NCBI GenBank assembly: GCA_016930235.1
Contig: JAFGHI010000047.1
Span: forward strand, 86,215 to 150,214
Direction of reading: 5' to 3'
Origin: Candidatus Omnitrophota bacterium
GTDB lineage: Bacteria; Omnitrophota; Omnitrophia; Omnitrophales; Aquincolibacteriaceae
Length of the DNA: 64,000 nucleotides
Made by a program: the position numbers and the translations under genes. The notes below the pieces were generated by a model. It was not told where the DNA came from and made no database searches. It worked only from the letters and a program-made list of their open reading frames with translations. Of the stretch, positions 8,598 to 18,651 are shown piece by piece. Every line of letters starts with the position of its first letter. Within the stretch, counting starts at the first letter, position 1.

Positions 8598-10193
8598 TTA
8601 TAAGGCGGCGAGTTTCTTCCGGCAAAGGAGAAGACTTCCTGTGCGACTTACGGGCTCATAAGCTTCATAACCGCATGTCATCTCTTTGGTTTCCCACTCG
8701 GCAGAAGAATAGAAGGTATCAGGCGGGTAATCGTAAATTTTCCAATCGATCTGTTTCCCTTTTTCGAAAAGCGCTGATAGACCGTCTCGGTAAAATAAAT
8801 CCCATAAAAGATAAGAAGGTTCGTGAAGTCCCATGCTTTTCTCATGAACAATGTGTTTTCTAAAAGAGAAAAAAGGAATAAGGGGTTCCTCAGTAGAAAC
8901 AGAATCCGTAGAAGGGATAAGCTTAATCACTTCCTGAATGTCCTTGGTATGTAACGCCAACACCCGCTGGTAAAAGAACCCTGTTTTGAGCTGATAAAGA
9001 TGGTATCTTGCTCCCTGAAAAGCAGCTGTCCCAATAATGAATAGGATGACTCCAAGAAAAAAATTTTTTGCAGCGGCGGAAGAGCCGTCTAATAACCCGG
9101 ATAATCGAGTCCATCCGACCGCCCCTGCGGCCATGATAAAGGGATGAAGCATCACCGTATAATGATCATTAATCCCCACATGGACAGCCCCGAAATTGGA
9201 AGCCAAGAAATTGAGCAATACAATGGGAGTAACGGCCAGCAACATCTCAAACCCAATAAAAGGCAAAAAAGCTAACGGGCCAAACCAGCTCCAAAAATAC
9301 CAAAAACCCACCGGATGGATCATTTGCATCAATACCGGGATCGGATTCTTCAGAAATCCAGTCAATGCTTCTTCTTTTGTGCTGCCCAAAGTCGAAAAAA
9401 GTCCGATATCGGACCAATTCGGCTCAAATATTTCCATGATCCAAAAGAAACTGACGACAAACCATAAAAGCCCACCAACAAACCATCCGATAAAATAAAT
9501 ATTCCTCCGGTGTTTTTCCGTCAAGCTTAAGTCCCCTTCGCGTCCCAACCACTGTTTGATTAACAACACAACTCCAAGCGCAGCCACACACAAACTAATA
9601 TATTCCTTAAACATACTCCCCAATAAAAACAATACCGTAGCCAGGCCATATTTTCGTTTGAATAGAAAATATAATCCGCCGGCCAAATATGGCGTTGCCC
9701 AATTCTCAAAATAAAAATGACTTAAAGGCGGTGTGTAAACAGTTAAATAGCAAAGTAAATAAATATAAGAGACCCAACTATTTTTAGTTATTTCACGAAC
9801 TAAGAGATAAACAAAAATACCCGCAATAAGAAAGGAGATGGCATGAATAAAAAGACCTGTCTCAAAAAACGGGAGGAATCGGAAAAAAAACCCGTAAAGG
9901 AACCCCATCGGCATGAAATGCTTGCCGAGAAAGAAATAAATTTCGCCCGGCTCCGCATAAGAAACGGGGATTTCAAAATGGCCGGCTTGCCATAAGGAGG
10001 TCAGGAGAATGCCCGTATCAGCCGCACCAAAGACATAATTGGAAAGCTTCGCCCAAGCAGAAAAAAAATACTGCAGAGAAAATAAGATAAGAATAGCTGT
10101 TAAAATCGGGTATTCTTTTTTTAAGATTTCATCTTTCAATTTCAATGAAAGGCATCTCCAATCTTGAAGAACTTTTAGGCGGGAAAATACCAA
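8598..10193 (-). CDS. polytopic membrane protein, DUF2079-like (last gene of the glycan operon)
   Basis: More than 10 hydrophobic helices, no soluble catalytic motif recognised. Family assignment is from memory of DUF2079 sequences. Converges with mutY (4-bp gap). Confidence 0.45.
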   Translation of the reverse strand: MVFSRLKVLQDWRCLSLKLKDEILKKEYPILTAILILFSLQYFFSAWAKLSNYVFGAADTGILLTSLWQAGHFEIPVSYAEPGEIYFFLGKHFMPMGFLYGFFFRFLPFFETGLFIHAISFLIAGIFVYLLVREITKNSWVSYIYLLCYLTVYTPPLSHFYFENWATPYLAGGLYFLFKRKYGLATVLFLLGSMFKEYISLCVAALGVVLLIKQWLGREGDLSLTEKHRRNIYFIGWFVGGLLWFVVSFFWIMEIFEPNWSDIGLFSTLGSTKEEALTGFLKNPIPVLMQMIHPVGFWYFWSWFGPLAFLPFIGFEMLLAVTPIVLLNFLASNFGAVHVGINDHYTVMLHPFIMAAGAVGWTRLSGLLDGSSAAAKNFFLGVILFIIGTAAFQGARYHLYQLKTGFFYQRVLALHTKDIQEVIKLIPSTDSVSTEEPLIPFFSFRKHIVHEKSMGLHEPSYLLWDLFYRDGLSALFEKGKQIDWKIYDYPPDTFYSSAEWETKEMTCGYEAYEPVSRTGSLLLCRKKLAAL

Positions 10194-12616
10194 GGCATAT
10201 ATTCCGGAACCATCGTTTTTATTTTTTCGATAACATCATCCCGACCAGCGCCTTGGCGAACGCTTGCCACTAACGACATAATCTGTTCATTAATATCAGA
10301 TGGCGGATCTTGTATCGACTTCCAAATCTTAATCTTCTTATGAGAGGTCGGCATAGCTTCTTCACTATGCATTTCGATCTCTTCATTCAATTTTTCCCCT
10401 GGCCGAAGCCCGATGTAACGGATAGGCACCGCTTCTCTGGGAAGTCCCATTAATTGAACAAGATCCTTTGCTAAATCAACGATCTTGACGGGTTCACCCA
10501 TATCTAAAATAAAAATTTCAGACTTGGATCCCATCGCTGTGGCCTGCAAGATCAGGAAAACAGCCTCGGAAATCTCCATGAAATACCGTTTAACATTGGG
10601 GTCTGTTATGGTGATCGGCCCCCCTTGCTCAATTTGTTTTCGAAAAAGCGGGACAACGCTCCCTTTACTATTGAAGACATTCCCAAATCGTACCGCCATA
10701 AAACGCGTCCCGCTATTCTTCAAGCTTTGAGTATAGAGTTCGGCAATCCTCTTCGTTGCGCCCATAATGCTCCTGGGACGAATGGCTTTGTCTGAGGAGA
10801 TGAGAACAAAACTCTCTGCCCCATGCTCTAACGCCAAGTCCGCCATAATCTTGGATCCGAGAATATTGTTAAAAACCCCCTCCATATAGTGAATCTCCAT
10901 CAACGGGACATGCTTGAAAGCTGCGGCGTGATAAATAACATGAGGTTTGTGGCGTGAAAATATTTTCTGCATCTCATCGTAATTCGTCACACTCCGCAAA
11001 TAGGCAGCAACGCTTGTTTCAGAGGCCTTATTCTGTAAATCCGTCTCAATTTCATAAAGATTGTTTTCGGAATTATCGATTAAAATGAGTTCTTGAGGAA
11101 AATTTTGATGGATAATCTTGCTTAATTCTGACCCGATGGATCCACCCGCTCCAGTAACTAGAATACGTTTATTTTTTAAAAAGTTCTGAATGCCCGTAAG
11201 ATCCGCCTGTACCAGCTCACGACCCAAAAGATCAGAAACTTCAATATTTCGTAAACGCAACGGCAATACCTGTGGAGACATCAAAGGTGATGCATGTGGA
11301 AGAATCCGGCAAATAATATCCAAAGAACGGCAAACCTTAATAATATTTCGAATTTCATCCCCCGAAGCTTCCGGAAGCGCAATAATCACCTCATCTGTTT
11401 TCGTCACCCGGATAACCTGCGCAAGCTGTGTAATCGTTCCGATAACTTTAACGCCATGAATTCTTACACCAATTTTCTGAGGATCATTGTCCACAAATCC
11501 AATCGGCCAATAGCCCAAATCCGGCCGCCGGATATACTCTCTGACCAAGAATTCTCCCGGGTCCTCGGCCCCGACAATAAGAACACGCTTGCGTAAATCA
11601 AACCGGGGCTTGCGCAATTTCTCTGCGGTAACTTTGAAAACAATCCGAAGCCCCCCGAGCGCCATAATCAGCATAAACCAATCAATAATCACAATGGACC
11701 GCGGAATCGGGATGATCTGCAAGAGAAAAGGAACAAGCGGTAACAATAGCGTTCCGACCGAAACAGCTTTAATGATCGAAATTAATTCTTGAATGCCAAG
11801 ATACTGCCATAAACTTTGATAGAGGCCGAAATAGATAAAGCAGGGCGCTCTTAATAAAAATACGAAAGGGATAAGAGTTTTTAAAATCATCATATCGGCA
11901 GGAGGAATATCCCCCTCAAACCGAAGCGCAAAAGCCACATAAAAACTGCCGGTGGAAATAATAAGATCAGCGATAAGAAAAGCAAACCTTCGCCGGCTTT
12001 CAAGGATATATCGAAACTTGATGGAACTTAAAAGAAGAGTTGCAACGCCGCCAAAAAGGAATTTCCAGTCTTTAAAAATATCTTTGTTTCTAACGTACGC
12101 TAAATCAGCCTCTATCTTTTTAGGCAGGATCTTCTTGATGTAAAACTCTTCGACATCCCCTTCCTCAGGAATCATGGATTCTTCATCCCGGTTCGTAATC
12201 TGGTTGGGCCCCATTAACCCAGGTTGTACTTTCAATATTTTTCGTTCCTCTAATGTATATGTCCCTACAATTTCAGGGACTTCCGGACGGGGGCCTACGA
12301 TACTCATTTCTCCTTTAAAAACGTTAATAAACTGGGGGAGTTCATCAATCTTTAGCCATCGCAGCAGCCCTCCGACCTGAGTCACTCTGGGATCATTCCG
12401 ACTTGTTATCTTTGCCCCAACCGTTTCCGCGCTCTCGATCATCGTCCTGAATTTTAGGATATAAAATACCTTACCGTCCTTACCGACTCTTTTCTGTTTA
12501 TAAATAATGGGCCCTGGGGAATCAGAGCGAATCATAATCGCAGCAACCAGCATAATCGGGCTGACCAATAAGAGGCACACAAGAGAGACAACAATATCAA
12601 ACAATCTTTTTGCCAT
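10175..12616 (-). CDS. bifunctional fusion: PglC-type small phosphoglycosyltransferase (N-terminus) + PglF/CapD-type membrane-anchored UDP-sugar 4,6-dehydratase (C-terminus)
   Basis: N-terminus: single TM then IIYKQKRVGKDGKVFYILKFRTM...DELPQFINVFKGEMSIVGPRPEVPE (bacterial sugar transferase signature). Then 4 TM helices. Then ILVTGAGGSIGSEL (Rossmann), HAAAFKHVPL / YxxxK region and GATKR, typical of CapD/PglF/WbpM. Confidence 0.8.
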   Translation of the reverse strand: MAKRLFDIVVSLVCLLLVSPIMLVAAIMIRSDSPGPIIYKQKRVGKDGKVFYILKFRTMIESAETVGAKITSRNDPRVTQVGGLLRWLKIDELPQFINVFKGEMSIVGPRPEVPEIVGTYTLEERKILKVQPGLMGPNQITNRDEESMIPEEGDVEEFYIKKILPKKIEADLAYVRNKDIFKDWKFLFGGVATLLLSSIKFRYILESRRRFAFLIADLIISTGSFYVAFALRFEGDIPPADMMILKTLIPFVFLLRAPCFIYFGLYQSLWQYLGIQELISIIKAVSVGTLLLPLVPFLLQIIPIPRSIVIIDWFMLIMALGGLRIVFKVTAEKLRKPRFDLRKRVLIVGAEDPGEFLVREYIRRPDLGYWPIGFVDNDPQKIGVRIHGVKVIGTITQLAQVIRVTKTDEVIIALPEASGDEIRNIIKVCRSLDIICRILPHASPLMSPQVLPLRLRNIEVSDLLGRELVQADLTGIQNFLKNKRILVTGAGGSIGSELSKIIHQNFPQELILIDNSENNLYEIETDLQNKASETSVAAYLRSVTNYDEMQKIFSRHKPHVIYHAAAFKHVPLMEIHYMEGVFNNILGSKIMADLALEHGAESFVLISSDKAIRPRSIMGATKRIAELYTQSLKNSGTRFMAVRFGNVFNSKGSVVPLFRKQIEQGGPITITDPNVKRYFMEISEAVFLILQATAMGSKSEIFILDMGEPVKIVDLAKDLVQLMGLPREAVPIRYIGLRPGEKLNEEIEMHSEEAMPTSHKKIKIWKSIQDPPSDINEQIMSLVASVRQGAGRDDVIEKIKTMVPEYMPWYFPA

Positions 12617-12640
12617 ATTAAAATTCGTCCCTTTGGTTCT

Positions 12641-13828
12641 TCATCGGCGAAAGCCCTTCACAATGTCACACACGGCAGAAACGACATCGTAAGCATCCTC
12701 GTCTGTCATCTTGGGGTATAGTGGCAATGAAATCATCCGTTGATATTCCTCATAAACCACAGGAAAGTCTTCTGGTTTAAACCCATAATTATTCCGATAA
12801 TAGGGATGCAAATGAATGGGAACGTAATGAACGCTGCTTCCGATATTCCTGCCCCGCAGCTCTTGAATAAATTGATCCCTCGAAAGAGAAAGTCGCTCCA
12901 AATTCAAGCGCAGGATATACAAGTGCCAGGCATGATCGACCCCTGTTTTTTCAGTCGGAATTTCAATTTCTCCAAGCTGAGAAAACGCCTGATGATAAAT
13001 TTTAACAATCTGTCTTCGGCGATCCATAAATTGAGGAAGTTTTCGCATTTGATGGATCCCGATCGCTGCTTGAAGGTCCATCATATTGTACTTAAACCCG
13101 GAAGCAATAACTTCATAATACCAGCTCCCTGTCTCAGAATAACGGTCCCAGGCATCGCGATCAATCCCGTGAAGGCTGTAAACTCTCGCTTTTTCAACCA
13201 AATCCCGACTCCCGGTTAACATCCCGCCTTCTCCGGTCGTCATATTTTTGGTAGCGTAAAAACTGAAGGCCGTCAAATCACCTATCGCTCCGATCATACG
13301 TCCATTGAATTTGGCTGGAATAGCATGAGCTGCATCTTCTAAGACGAACAACTGATACCGCTTGGCTAAATCCATAATTAAGTCCATATCACAAGGATGT
13401 CCAGCAAAATGGACAGGAAGAATTGCTTTAACTTTTTTATCTCTTGTTTTCCTAAGATTTTCTTCGATCTTGAAAGGGTCAATATTGAGAGTATCGCGCT
13501 GGATATCGACTAAAAGAGGAGTTGCACCCACCTGCTCGATTACGTGAACTCCTGAACAAAACGTCATGGGAGTCGTTATCACAACATCCCCTTGACCAAT
13601 TCCCATAGCTGCCAATGCAGTATGAAGCGCCCCGGTCCCGGAACTTAACCCCAACGCAGCTTGAGCTCCAACCAAACGGGCAAATTCTCCCTCAAATTTT
13701 TTAGTCCTCGGTCCGGTTGTGATCCAGTCGGATCGAAGAGTCTCGATCATTTCGATGATTTCCTCTTCCCCTAAAAGCGGAGGGGAAAAAGGCAGGAACG
13801 TTTGTCTTGGCTTCGTCTGGCCGCTCAT
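12641..13828 (-). CDS. DegT/DnrJ/EryC1/StrS-family PLP aminotransferase (PglE/WecE-like UDP-4-keto-6-deoxy-sugar aminotransferase)
   Basis: LPFSPPLLGEEEI...DWITTGPRTKKFEGEFARLVGA; SFYATKNMTTGEGG (PLP lysine region). Confidence 0.9.
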   Translation of the reverse strand: MSGQTKPRQTFLPFSPPLLGEEEIIEMIETLRSDWITTGPRTKKFEGEFARLVGAQAALGLSSGTGALHTALAAMGIGQGDVVITTPMTFCSGVHVIEQVGATPLLVDIQRDTLNIDPFKIEENLRKTRDKKVKAILPVHFAGHPCDMDLIMDLAKRYQLFVLEDAAHAIPAKFNGRMIGAIGDLTAFSFYATKNMTTGEGGMLTGSRDLVEKARVYSLHGIDRDAWDRYSETGSWYYEVIASGFKYNMMDLQAAIGIHQMRKLPQFMDRRRQIVKIYHQAFSQLGEIEIPTEKTGVDHAWHLYILRLNLERLSLSRDQFIQELRGRNIGSSVHYVPIHLHPYYRNNYGFKPEDFPVVYEEYQRMISLPLYPKMTDEDAYDVVSAVCDIVKGFRR

Positions 13829-14550
13829 TTTTTCTCCGGCAGTTGTTTGATAAAATAATACTTGAACAATGTCAGAACCGCAAAAAGAAAGTCTTTAGCC
13901 TTGATCTTTTTACCTTCCTTCGAGGTCCTGCCTTCATAAGAGATAGGCAGCTCCATAATCCGAATACCCTTCTTAGCTAAGAGCGCAGTCACTTCGGGCT
14001 CGAATGAAAAACGATTTGCCTTAAGGGCGAGATGTTTGACAATATCAGCTCTAAAGACCTTGTAGCAAGTCTCCATATCGGTCAATGGAAGTTTAAACAA
14101 TAAATTAGTCAGAAATGTCAAAAAACGGTTTGCCATCCAATTAGGCCAAGCCATTCCTTTGGGATAACAGCATCCGAGAAAACGGCTCCCATAAACGACG
14201 TCGGCTTCACCCTTTAAGATAGGGTCCAATAATTTTGGTATCTCCGACGGCTTATATTCAGTATCGGCATCTTGGATAACAATCAGTTCCCCATGCGCTT
14301 GGCGAATTCCCTTCCGGATCGAATAGCCTTTCCCGCGATTAATTCTATTTTTAAATAAACGGATATTATTGTCCTCGTGCCTATTCTTTAATCTGATCAT
14401 CGTTTCCTTTTCATAGGTTCTATCAATGGAGGCATCATCGACGATAATGATCTCATGCGCAATAGGATATTTGACCGATTGCACATAATGGATAAGCTGT
14501 GCAATGGTATTATGCTCATTATACGTAGGGATAATGATTGACAATTTCAT
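13825..14550 (-). CDS. glycosyltransferase family 2 (polyprenyl-phosphate sugar synthase-like)
   Basis: MKLSIIIPTYNEHNTIAQL...IIIVDDASIDRT...VIQDADTEY (DXD). Start taken at the internal ATG, which forms an ATGA overlap with the upstream gene; the ORF-track start is 14652. Confidence 0.85.
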   Translation of the reverse strand: MKLSIIIPTYNEHNTIAQLIHYVQSVKYPIAHEIIIVDDASIDRTYEKETMIRLKNRHEDNNIRLFKNRINRGKGYSIRKGIRQAHGELIVIQDADTEYKPSEIPKLLDPILKGEADVVYGSRFLGCCYPKGMAWPNWMANRFLTFLTNLLFKLPLTDMETCYKVFRADIVKHLALKANRFSFEPEVTALLAKKGIRIMELPISYEGRTSKEGKKIKAKDFLFAVLTLFKYYFIKQLPEKK

Positions 14551-15257
14551 CCTCGTTCCGGCTCCCACCGAATAAGCCCGACATAATGTGAATTCATGAA
14601 CGGTATTCTCGATAAGACCCTGCATACTCCCAAGAATTTGGGCGCTAACCATCTCGCAAGAAAGGGGATCAAAGTTGCCTTTTTTAGGATAACTTTAGCT
14701 CCCGGAAATAATTTTCGGATCTCGCTTCCAGTAATCCCTTTAACGTTTCTATTCTTTGGGTTGTCGTATCGGAAATCATACCACAAAATAACGCCATTCT
14801 CTTTTAATACACGCCTCATTTCGTGAGCAATTTTTTGTTTTAAACGAGGATCTAAAATCGATGTAAACATCGTTGATTGCAAAACCACGTCGAAAAACTT
14901 ATCCGGCCAGGGTAAATTTTCGGCGTTCCCAGGGGATAAATTCGCATTTGGCAATACGGCCTTGGCTTTCTCAATAAGATGCGTCTCTAAATCAAGACCG
15001 TAAAGATTTTTCTGAGGGACATCCCAATTTGAAAAATCCTCGAGCCAAATGCCGGATCCACACCCCACTTCCAGGATTTTTTTGTTTTCTAATGGCAAAA
15101 TTTTCGCCACCTTAAGGAGCTCCAACATTTTCTCTTTTCTTTGATCATACATCAATCGATTTCCGGGCTGTTTTAAGGAGTAGAATGCAACGGGAATTTC
15201 CCTGGCCCGGCGATCGTATTCTTTCTTGATCCTTTCGATTTCCTTATTCTCGGTCAT
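14547..15257 (-). CDS. class I SAM-dependent methyltransferase
   Basis: ILEVGCGSGIWLEDF (motif I), downstream acidic motif II. Confidence 0.8.
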   Translation of the reverse strand: MTENKEIERIKKEYDRRAREIPVAFYSLKQPGNRLMYDQRKEKMLELLKVAKILPLENKKILEVGCGSGIWLEDFSNWDVPQKNLYGLDLETHLIEKAKAVLPNANLSPGNAENLPWPDKFFDVVLQSTMFTSILDPRLKQKIAHEMRRVLKENGVILWYDFRYDNPKNRNVKGITGSEIRKLFPGAKVILKKATLIPFLARWLAPKFLGVCRVLSRIPFMNSHYVGLIRWEPERG

Positions 15258-15281
15258 CCGTTTTTACTTTGCCCTTCGCTA

Positions 15282-16319
15282 TTAAACTTCCTGGGAAACC
15301 CATCGGTTAAAAAATAGAGGAAATCCTGCCAAAAAACCCAAACCATATGCCAAATGAATGATAAGAAAAATCAACGGAAGAAAAAAAATGTGCCTCAGCC
15401 CGTTCCTTACTGCAATCGACGAAGAAGCCCCTAAATTTGCCGCCAGATACGCCAGAGCACATGTTTTAAAAAGAATTCTTGGAATGACCCAGCAACACCC
15501 GAGGAAACCCGCGATAATGAATGTGGCAACAAACAGAGCGGGAACGAATTGCCTCAGCTTCATTTGTCGCGGATGCTTCTGTAGCACGCGGACCTTCCAT
15601 GCCCCATACTGAAAATACTGGCGGAACAAATCCCAGATTTTAGAACGAACTCTATATTTAATCCTGATATTACTATCCAAATATATTTTCTTTCCTTGTT
15701 TAAGCATGCGGTAACTGAATTCATCGTCTTGATTTCGGACCATTTCTTCGTCAAATAATCCGATCTCATCAAAAAGAGATCGTTTCCAAACGCCTGGGAA
15801 AACAGTCTCAACCCAACCGCTGATATTTGAAGATCGAAACTGAGCGCCCCCCGTCCCAAACCAAGAATTCATAGCTAATGCTACGGAATTCCCAAAATTT
15901 TCGGTGCCGAAAGCTTCCGTCCGCCCCCCAACGCTATCTGCCTTCAAACGATATAACTCTTCTACGCACCTTCTCACATAATCAGGCCCCACTTCAGCAT
16001 GTCCGTCAAGTCGTACGATGACTTCCCCTTTGGATTCCCGGATGGCCATGTTGAGACCGGTCGCCACAATTCTTTTCTCATTCAAAATCATTTTGATATT
16101 AGAACGTTGTCGTTGTAGGGACGATACGATCTCCCGTGTCCCGTCGATAGAACCACCATCTGCAATAATAATCTCCATTTTTTCTTTGGGGTAATCCTGA
16201 GCCAGTAAACTCTCGAGACATTGTTTTATCGATAAAGCCTCGTTAAGAATAGGCAGGATGATAGAAACAAACGGATATGAGTTCATGAAACCCCTTGTCC
16301 GGGTACCGACACAACGCAT
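15282..16319 (-). CDS. glycosyltransferase family 2 with C-terminal TM segments
   Basis: FVSIILPILNEALSIKQCLESL...IIIADGGSIDGT...RLDGHAEV; C-terminal hydrophobic helices. Confidence 0.8.
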   Translation of the reverse strand: MRCVGTRTRGFMNSYPFVSIILPILNEALSIKQCLESLLAQDYPKEKMEIIIADGGSIDGTREIVSSLQRQRSNIKMILNEKRIVATGLNMAIRESKGEVIVRLDGHAEVGPDYVRRCVEELYRLKADSVGGRTEAFGTENFGNSVALAMNSWFGTGGAQFRSSNISGWVETVFPGVWKRSLFDEIGLFDEEMVRNQDDEFSYRMLKQGKKIYLDSNIRIKYRVRSKIWDLFRQYFQYGAWKVRVLQKHPRQMKLRQFVPALFVATFIIAGFLGCCWVIPRILFKTCALAYLAANLGASSSIAVRNGLRHIFFLPLIFLIIHLAYGLGFLAGFPLFFNRWVSQEV

Positions 16320-17428
16320 GCACCGAAGGGAAGTTGACGTGTTGGATAAGGAAATGAAAAATTATCATAGACCCTCTTGAAGTTTCGATCTCTTAATCCC
16401 GTCAAAAATATTTTCAGCAACGAAAAGACATCCGTAACTGCTATGTCTTGAATGCATTTCAAATGGTAAGGGCAATCGTCTGGAAATCCAGTTACGAATT
16501 GGTAACAAGGGCAGCACGAATAATTTGATTGAATGATCATCACGTGGTCTCCCAAAGCAGCTGTTCTCTCCGGAACCGTGTAGGCATACAAAATACATGT
16601 AGGGATCCCTATAATAGCCGCAAGATGGCAAAGGGCGGAATCCACCCCAATAAAAAGATTAACCTGCTTTAATTCCTCAATGACTTCGCTCCAAGGCAAG
16701 CCAATTTTCTGCTGTGCTTGGACCGGCAACATATCCGAAATCTTTTTTATCTCTTCCCTTTCCGAACACGCACCGAAAATACTAATTTCAAGTGAAAAAG
16801 ATTCCCCGAATCGTCGGATGAGCCCTTGAAAGTTCTCGGGCGCCCAACACTTGGAACGACAGTGGGAAGTTGCGTGGATACCTATTTTGAGCTTCCCCCC
16901 CTCCCCCCGGCAAACATCAGCCCCTAGATTGACTTTCTCCTTCAAGGCCAAAATCGCTTTTTGTACCTCTTCATCCAAGAGACCTGTTAACTTTTGATTC
17001 GATACCAAGTCATGATCTTTCTCATCCCAAAAGGGCATCTCCTTATCTCGAAAAGAAAGGAGCCTCATACTCTTGGAAGAACGCCAACCTTTTTTCTCTT
17101 TGGCACAGGCCAATCGAAGAAGGGCATTTCCCCGTCGCCCGGCAGGGCAAACAGCATAAGCAGAGTCATAGGAAAAGCGCCTGAAAGATGACGCCAACCT
17201 TAAAAGATTTTGCAACCACGACTTTTTTTCATGCCATAGAAAAATGCGGTCTGCGGCTTGGAAATAACTCGTCACTTCTTGAGACCCATTGTCCGACACG
17301 ACAACATCGATCTGCATTCCCCGTGCTTGATAAGCCAGAAAAACGGGCAATGCCAAAATGGTGTTTCCCACACCTTCGACGCTGATGAAAAGAATACGTT
17401 TCTTGTCTGATTTTTCTAATGGATTCAT
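16283..17428 (-). CDS. glycosyltransferase family 9 (heptosyltransferase-like) with Cys-rich C-terminal tail
   Basis: ILFISVEGVGNTILALPVF, GVDSALCHLAAIIGIPTCILY (GT9 donor-binding region). Tail CCPCYQFVTGFPDDCPYHLKC. Start set at the internal ATG (ATGA overlap); the ORF-track start is 17473. Confidence 0.65.
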   Translation of the reverse strand: MNPLEKSDKKRILFISVEGVGNTILALPVFLAYQARGMQIDVVVSDNGSQEVTSYFQAADRIFLWHEKKSWLQNLLRLASSFRRFSYDSAYAVCPAGRRGNALLRLACAKEKKGWRSSKSMRLLSFRDKEMPFWDEKDHDLVSNQKLTGLLDEEVQKAILALKEKVNLGADVCRGEGGKLKIGIHATSHCRSKCWAPENFQGLIRRFGESFSLEISIFGACSEREEIKKISDMLPVQAQQKIGLPWSEVIEELKQVNLFIGVDSALCHLAAIIGIPTCILYAYTVPERTAALGDHVMIIQSNYSCCPCYQFVTGFPDDCPYHLKCIQDIAVTDVFSLLKIFLTGLRDRNFKRVYDNFSFPYPTRQLPFGACVVSVPGQGVS

Positions 17429-18651
17429 TTTAGTTGACGGTGTGTGAACCCGCCAGCTTCCTCGAAAAGGCATACGTGCTCATAGACAAACCTTTCTCTA
17501 TTAAAAAGGTGCTGTAACCGAAGCCGGCCTGCTTCTCCCATTTGTTTCCTAATTTCTGGATGATCGACAAAAAATGTTATTGCTTCGGAAAGCTTATGAA
17601 TATCCCCCGCTGGGACTAAAAGCCCGGTTTTGTTATCCTCAATAATCTCAGGAGCGCCTCCTAATTTTGTCGCAATAAGGGCTTTTTCCATTGCCATCGC
17701 CTCAAAAAGAACCCGAGGACTTGGATCCGGCAAAATGGACGGAAGGACACACAAATCCATACTCGCAATGCACTCGGGAACATCTTTTCGAAATCCCGTA
17801 AAAATCACATCGTTTTGTATCCCCAATCGAGAGACGAGTTTCCTGAGTTCTTGCTCATAGCCTCTATCTTCAAAAATAGCGCCTCCGACAACCATAAATT
17901 TAACATTCGGATTCCTCTTTCTTAAGCTGGCTGCGGCTTGAAGAAATTCTCGGTGCCCCTTCCATGCTGCCAACCGACTAAAAATTCCAACCACAATATT
18001 CTCTGCCGATATTGAAAATTCATCCCGTAATCGCGGCGCTACCCGATTAACATTAAATATTTCAAGGTCCGCCGTATTGTATATCACCTTAACCTTCTCG
18101 ATAAATTCATCCCCTGGGAACATCGCGTCTTTAACGGCCTTTGACGGGACAATAATTTTATATGGAATAATCTTTGCCATCTGCCGTAAAAATCTGATGA
18201 CCCAGCCAAAAAAGAGATTCGGTTTTACAATGTCATCAAAGTGCCATAAACAGCCAACGTCGGAAATTTTAGAGGCCAGACCTCCATACAGATGAGCAAA
18301 CATACCATTTGTCATAACAGCATGGATTTTAAAACGTCGGAACACTCCTCCTAATTTAAAGGCCATCAGAAAAACGATAAAGATATCTATGAAAACAGCG
18401 AAAGGATTAAAAATCTGAATTCGCCCTATTCTTGAGCTCGTTGACATTAACGAGGGCATGCGAACGATTTCGACTGAAACACCTAGGCGCTTTAAAGCCT
18501 CGGTTAAGGGCCCTTCAGTGGGGCAAATGACGATCACCTCAAAGTGTGATCGGTCTATGGATTTCTGTAAATCGATATTGTTGAGCTGGGCTCCTCCTAA
18601 AGAGGAGGTTTCCTCGATGAAGGCAAGTCTTATTTTGTTTTCTTCTTCCAT
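17425..18651 (-). CDS. glycosyltransferase family 4
   Basis: GGAQLNNIDLQKSI..., C-terminal EAMAMEKALIATKLGGAPEIIEDNKTGLLV (GT4 E-x7-E region). Confidence 0.85.
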   Translation of the reverse strand: MEEENKIRLAFIEETSSLGGAQLNNIDLQKSIDRSHFEVIVICPTEGPLTEALKRLGVSVEIVRMPSLMSTSSRIGRIQIFNPFAVFIDIFIVFLMAFKLGGVFRRFKIHAVMTNGMFAHLYGGLASKISDVGCLWHFDDIVKPNLFFGWVIRFLRQMAKIIPYKIIVPSKAVKDAMFPGDEFIEKVKVIYNTADLEIFNVNRVAPRLRDEFSISAENIVVGIFSRLAAWKGHREFLQAAASLRKRNPNVKFMVVGGAIFEDRGYEQELRKLVSRLGIQNDVIFTGFRKDVPECIASMDLCVLPSILPDPSPRVLFEAMAMEKALIATKLGGAPEIIEDNKTGLLVPAGDIHKLSEAITFFVDHPEIRKQMGEAGRLRLQHLFNRERFVYEHVCLFEEAGGFTHRQLK

